A DNA stretch of 64,000 nt, taken from assembly GCF_964355755.1 (NCBI RefSeq), contig NC_092670.1:38614388-38678387 (forward strand), read 5' to 3'. Source of the DNA: Antedon mediterranea (lineage: Eukaryota; Animalia; Echinodermata). Under the pieces are notes generated by a model. It saw nothing but the letters and a program-made list of their open reading frames with translations, was not told the origin of the DNA and searched no databases. Shown here piece after piece: positions 62,817-64,000 of this stretch. The position numbers and the translations under genes are program-made. Position 1 is the first letter of the stretch. Each line of letters opens with the position of its first letter.

Positions 62817-64000
62817 TTTAATTCCTAATACCATAAAAGCCATAAGTAACAATGAAAATGTAAAGAATGCACAAACCGCGTTTCATAGTTATTGTTGGCT
62901 GGAAAAAATAAAAGTGGGCTGGCTTATTGTTGGCTGGCTTATTGTTGGCTAGCTTGACACAAGCCTTCTAGGCTTACTCCATAGTTAGCCGCCTGAGGAT
63001 GGGAGAGCCTAGATTACTATTTGACTGTAGGTAGTGTAGACCTAGCTAAGTTACGTGCAACTTCCAACTTATTAAGACTATGGGACATTATAAATATTCT
63101 ACTTTTTAGTGTCTACAATTTAGAAATATTATTGTTTAGAAAACATGCAATGTAATATACTACTACTAACTATTCAACTAGCCTACTGTGTGACGAAACA
63201 AGTGTGAGTAAAACTCATTCATCCATAACCGCAACAACACACTTATGGAACGCCTAGATAAAGAATGAGTCATAAACGTGACTGATTGAGATCTAAGTAT
63301 TATTATCATCATTGAGATCTACGTATTATCATATCATAGAAATAACAAAATATTGTAAACTAAGATAATTCACAAACAAATTCGCAGAAGATACGAGGAA
63401 ACAAGTAAAGCAAGAGAAGAAACGGAAAAAAGAATTGAAAATGAAATTTAGAGAAGCAGAAGAGAAAGATGAAGCGCGCGCATTATTTAGTGAATTATAG
63501 TTATTTATACGTACCTCCATGAGTGAAGTATATTATAAAAGTAAATACATTGTTTTACATAGCAATGAAAGAAAACAAAAATATGTGACCTAATATTTAT
63601 AGTAATAATGAAATAGCAAATATATCCCAGTAATTGTGTCCTATCTGGAAGTTGTTATTTACAACTCTAATTACAACTTTCCTGGTACGATCCTACAGAA
63701 ACTCTTCCCTGGTTGTTATAGTGTTGTTGATGACCACGAACTCAAAATGTGTCAAACATTCACCAATTTTAAATTAATAAACCTAATTCAGGGTACAATA
63801 ATGTAATGGCAATGCACCTTGATCATTTTTGGGTTGGGGATATATTATTGGTATAAACCCGGCCAGGTCTGCATCACACTAGAACGCGCGTGATATAAAT
63901 TTGGCCACGGCACGCCCTTGTGGGTGTATTTAAATTAAAGGATGACAAAAAGATAATGACGTGAGCAAAGGTCTTGTGATTGTGATTCGATCATGGTCGA

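Larger units (their letters stand above)
52619..62964. mobile_element. 10,346-bp foldback (FB/TU/Mutator-like) element made entirely of inverted arms
   Basis: Perfect 9-bp TSD CTTCTAGGC (52610-52618 and 62965-62973). ~150-bp outer TIR domain GCTTGTGTCAAGCTAGCC.. with about one mismatch between the ends. Inner domains are 181/186-bp tandem repeats that switch strand at ~57283. Confidence 0.95.

Noticed and set aside
52619-62964. Assembly fold-back artefact
   Set aside because: Judged unlikely: the arms differ in length and variants, the flanks are unique, and a perfect 9-bp TSD brackets the element. Read-level confirmation is still needed.
63329-63520. Purine-rich stretch or short ORF as a gene
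   Set aside because: Low complexity, with no recognisable domain or supported exon structure within the window.

Overview
AT-rich, intron-rich animal genomic DNA; a marine invertebrate deuterostome is my guess from protein style, not established. Five spliced genes could be assembled by hand: (1) the 3' end of a VWD-C8-TIL-cystine-knot mucin/VWF-like gene (+, to 6392); (2) a complete AGO-clade Argonaute with an intact DEDH slicer tetrad (+, 7333-18287); (3) the splicing factor PRPF6 (-, 39369-27430); (4) an uncharacterised 4-exon gene head-to-head with PRPF6, encoding hydrophobic helices plus a CxxC..DHQPP..CxxC HNH-like domain (+, 39441-41468); (5) a GH33 sialidase with an N-myristoylation motif (-, 51959-43725). 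The non-coding DNA is full of non-autonomous mobile elements. These include a 10.3-kb foldback element (9-bp TSD, arms of inverted 181-bp satellite, no spacer), a 1.9-kb LTR element with apparently identical LTRs and a triplicated tRNA-Leu primer-binding site, about 20 copies of one Harbinger-like MITE with an internal 21-bp minisatellite, hAT/Tc1/Kolobok/Ginger-like MITEs, three SINE families and several satellites. One satellite is an array of pre-miRNA-sized hairpins downstream of Argonaute. Coordinates were read by eye and exon ends may be off by a few bases. No database searches were run.
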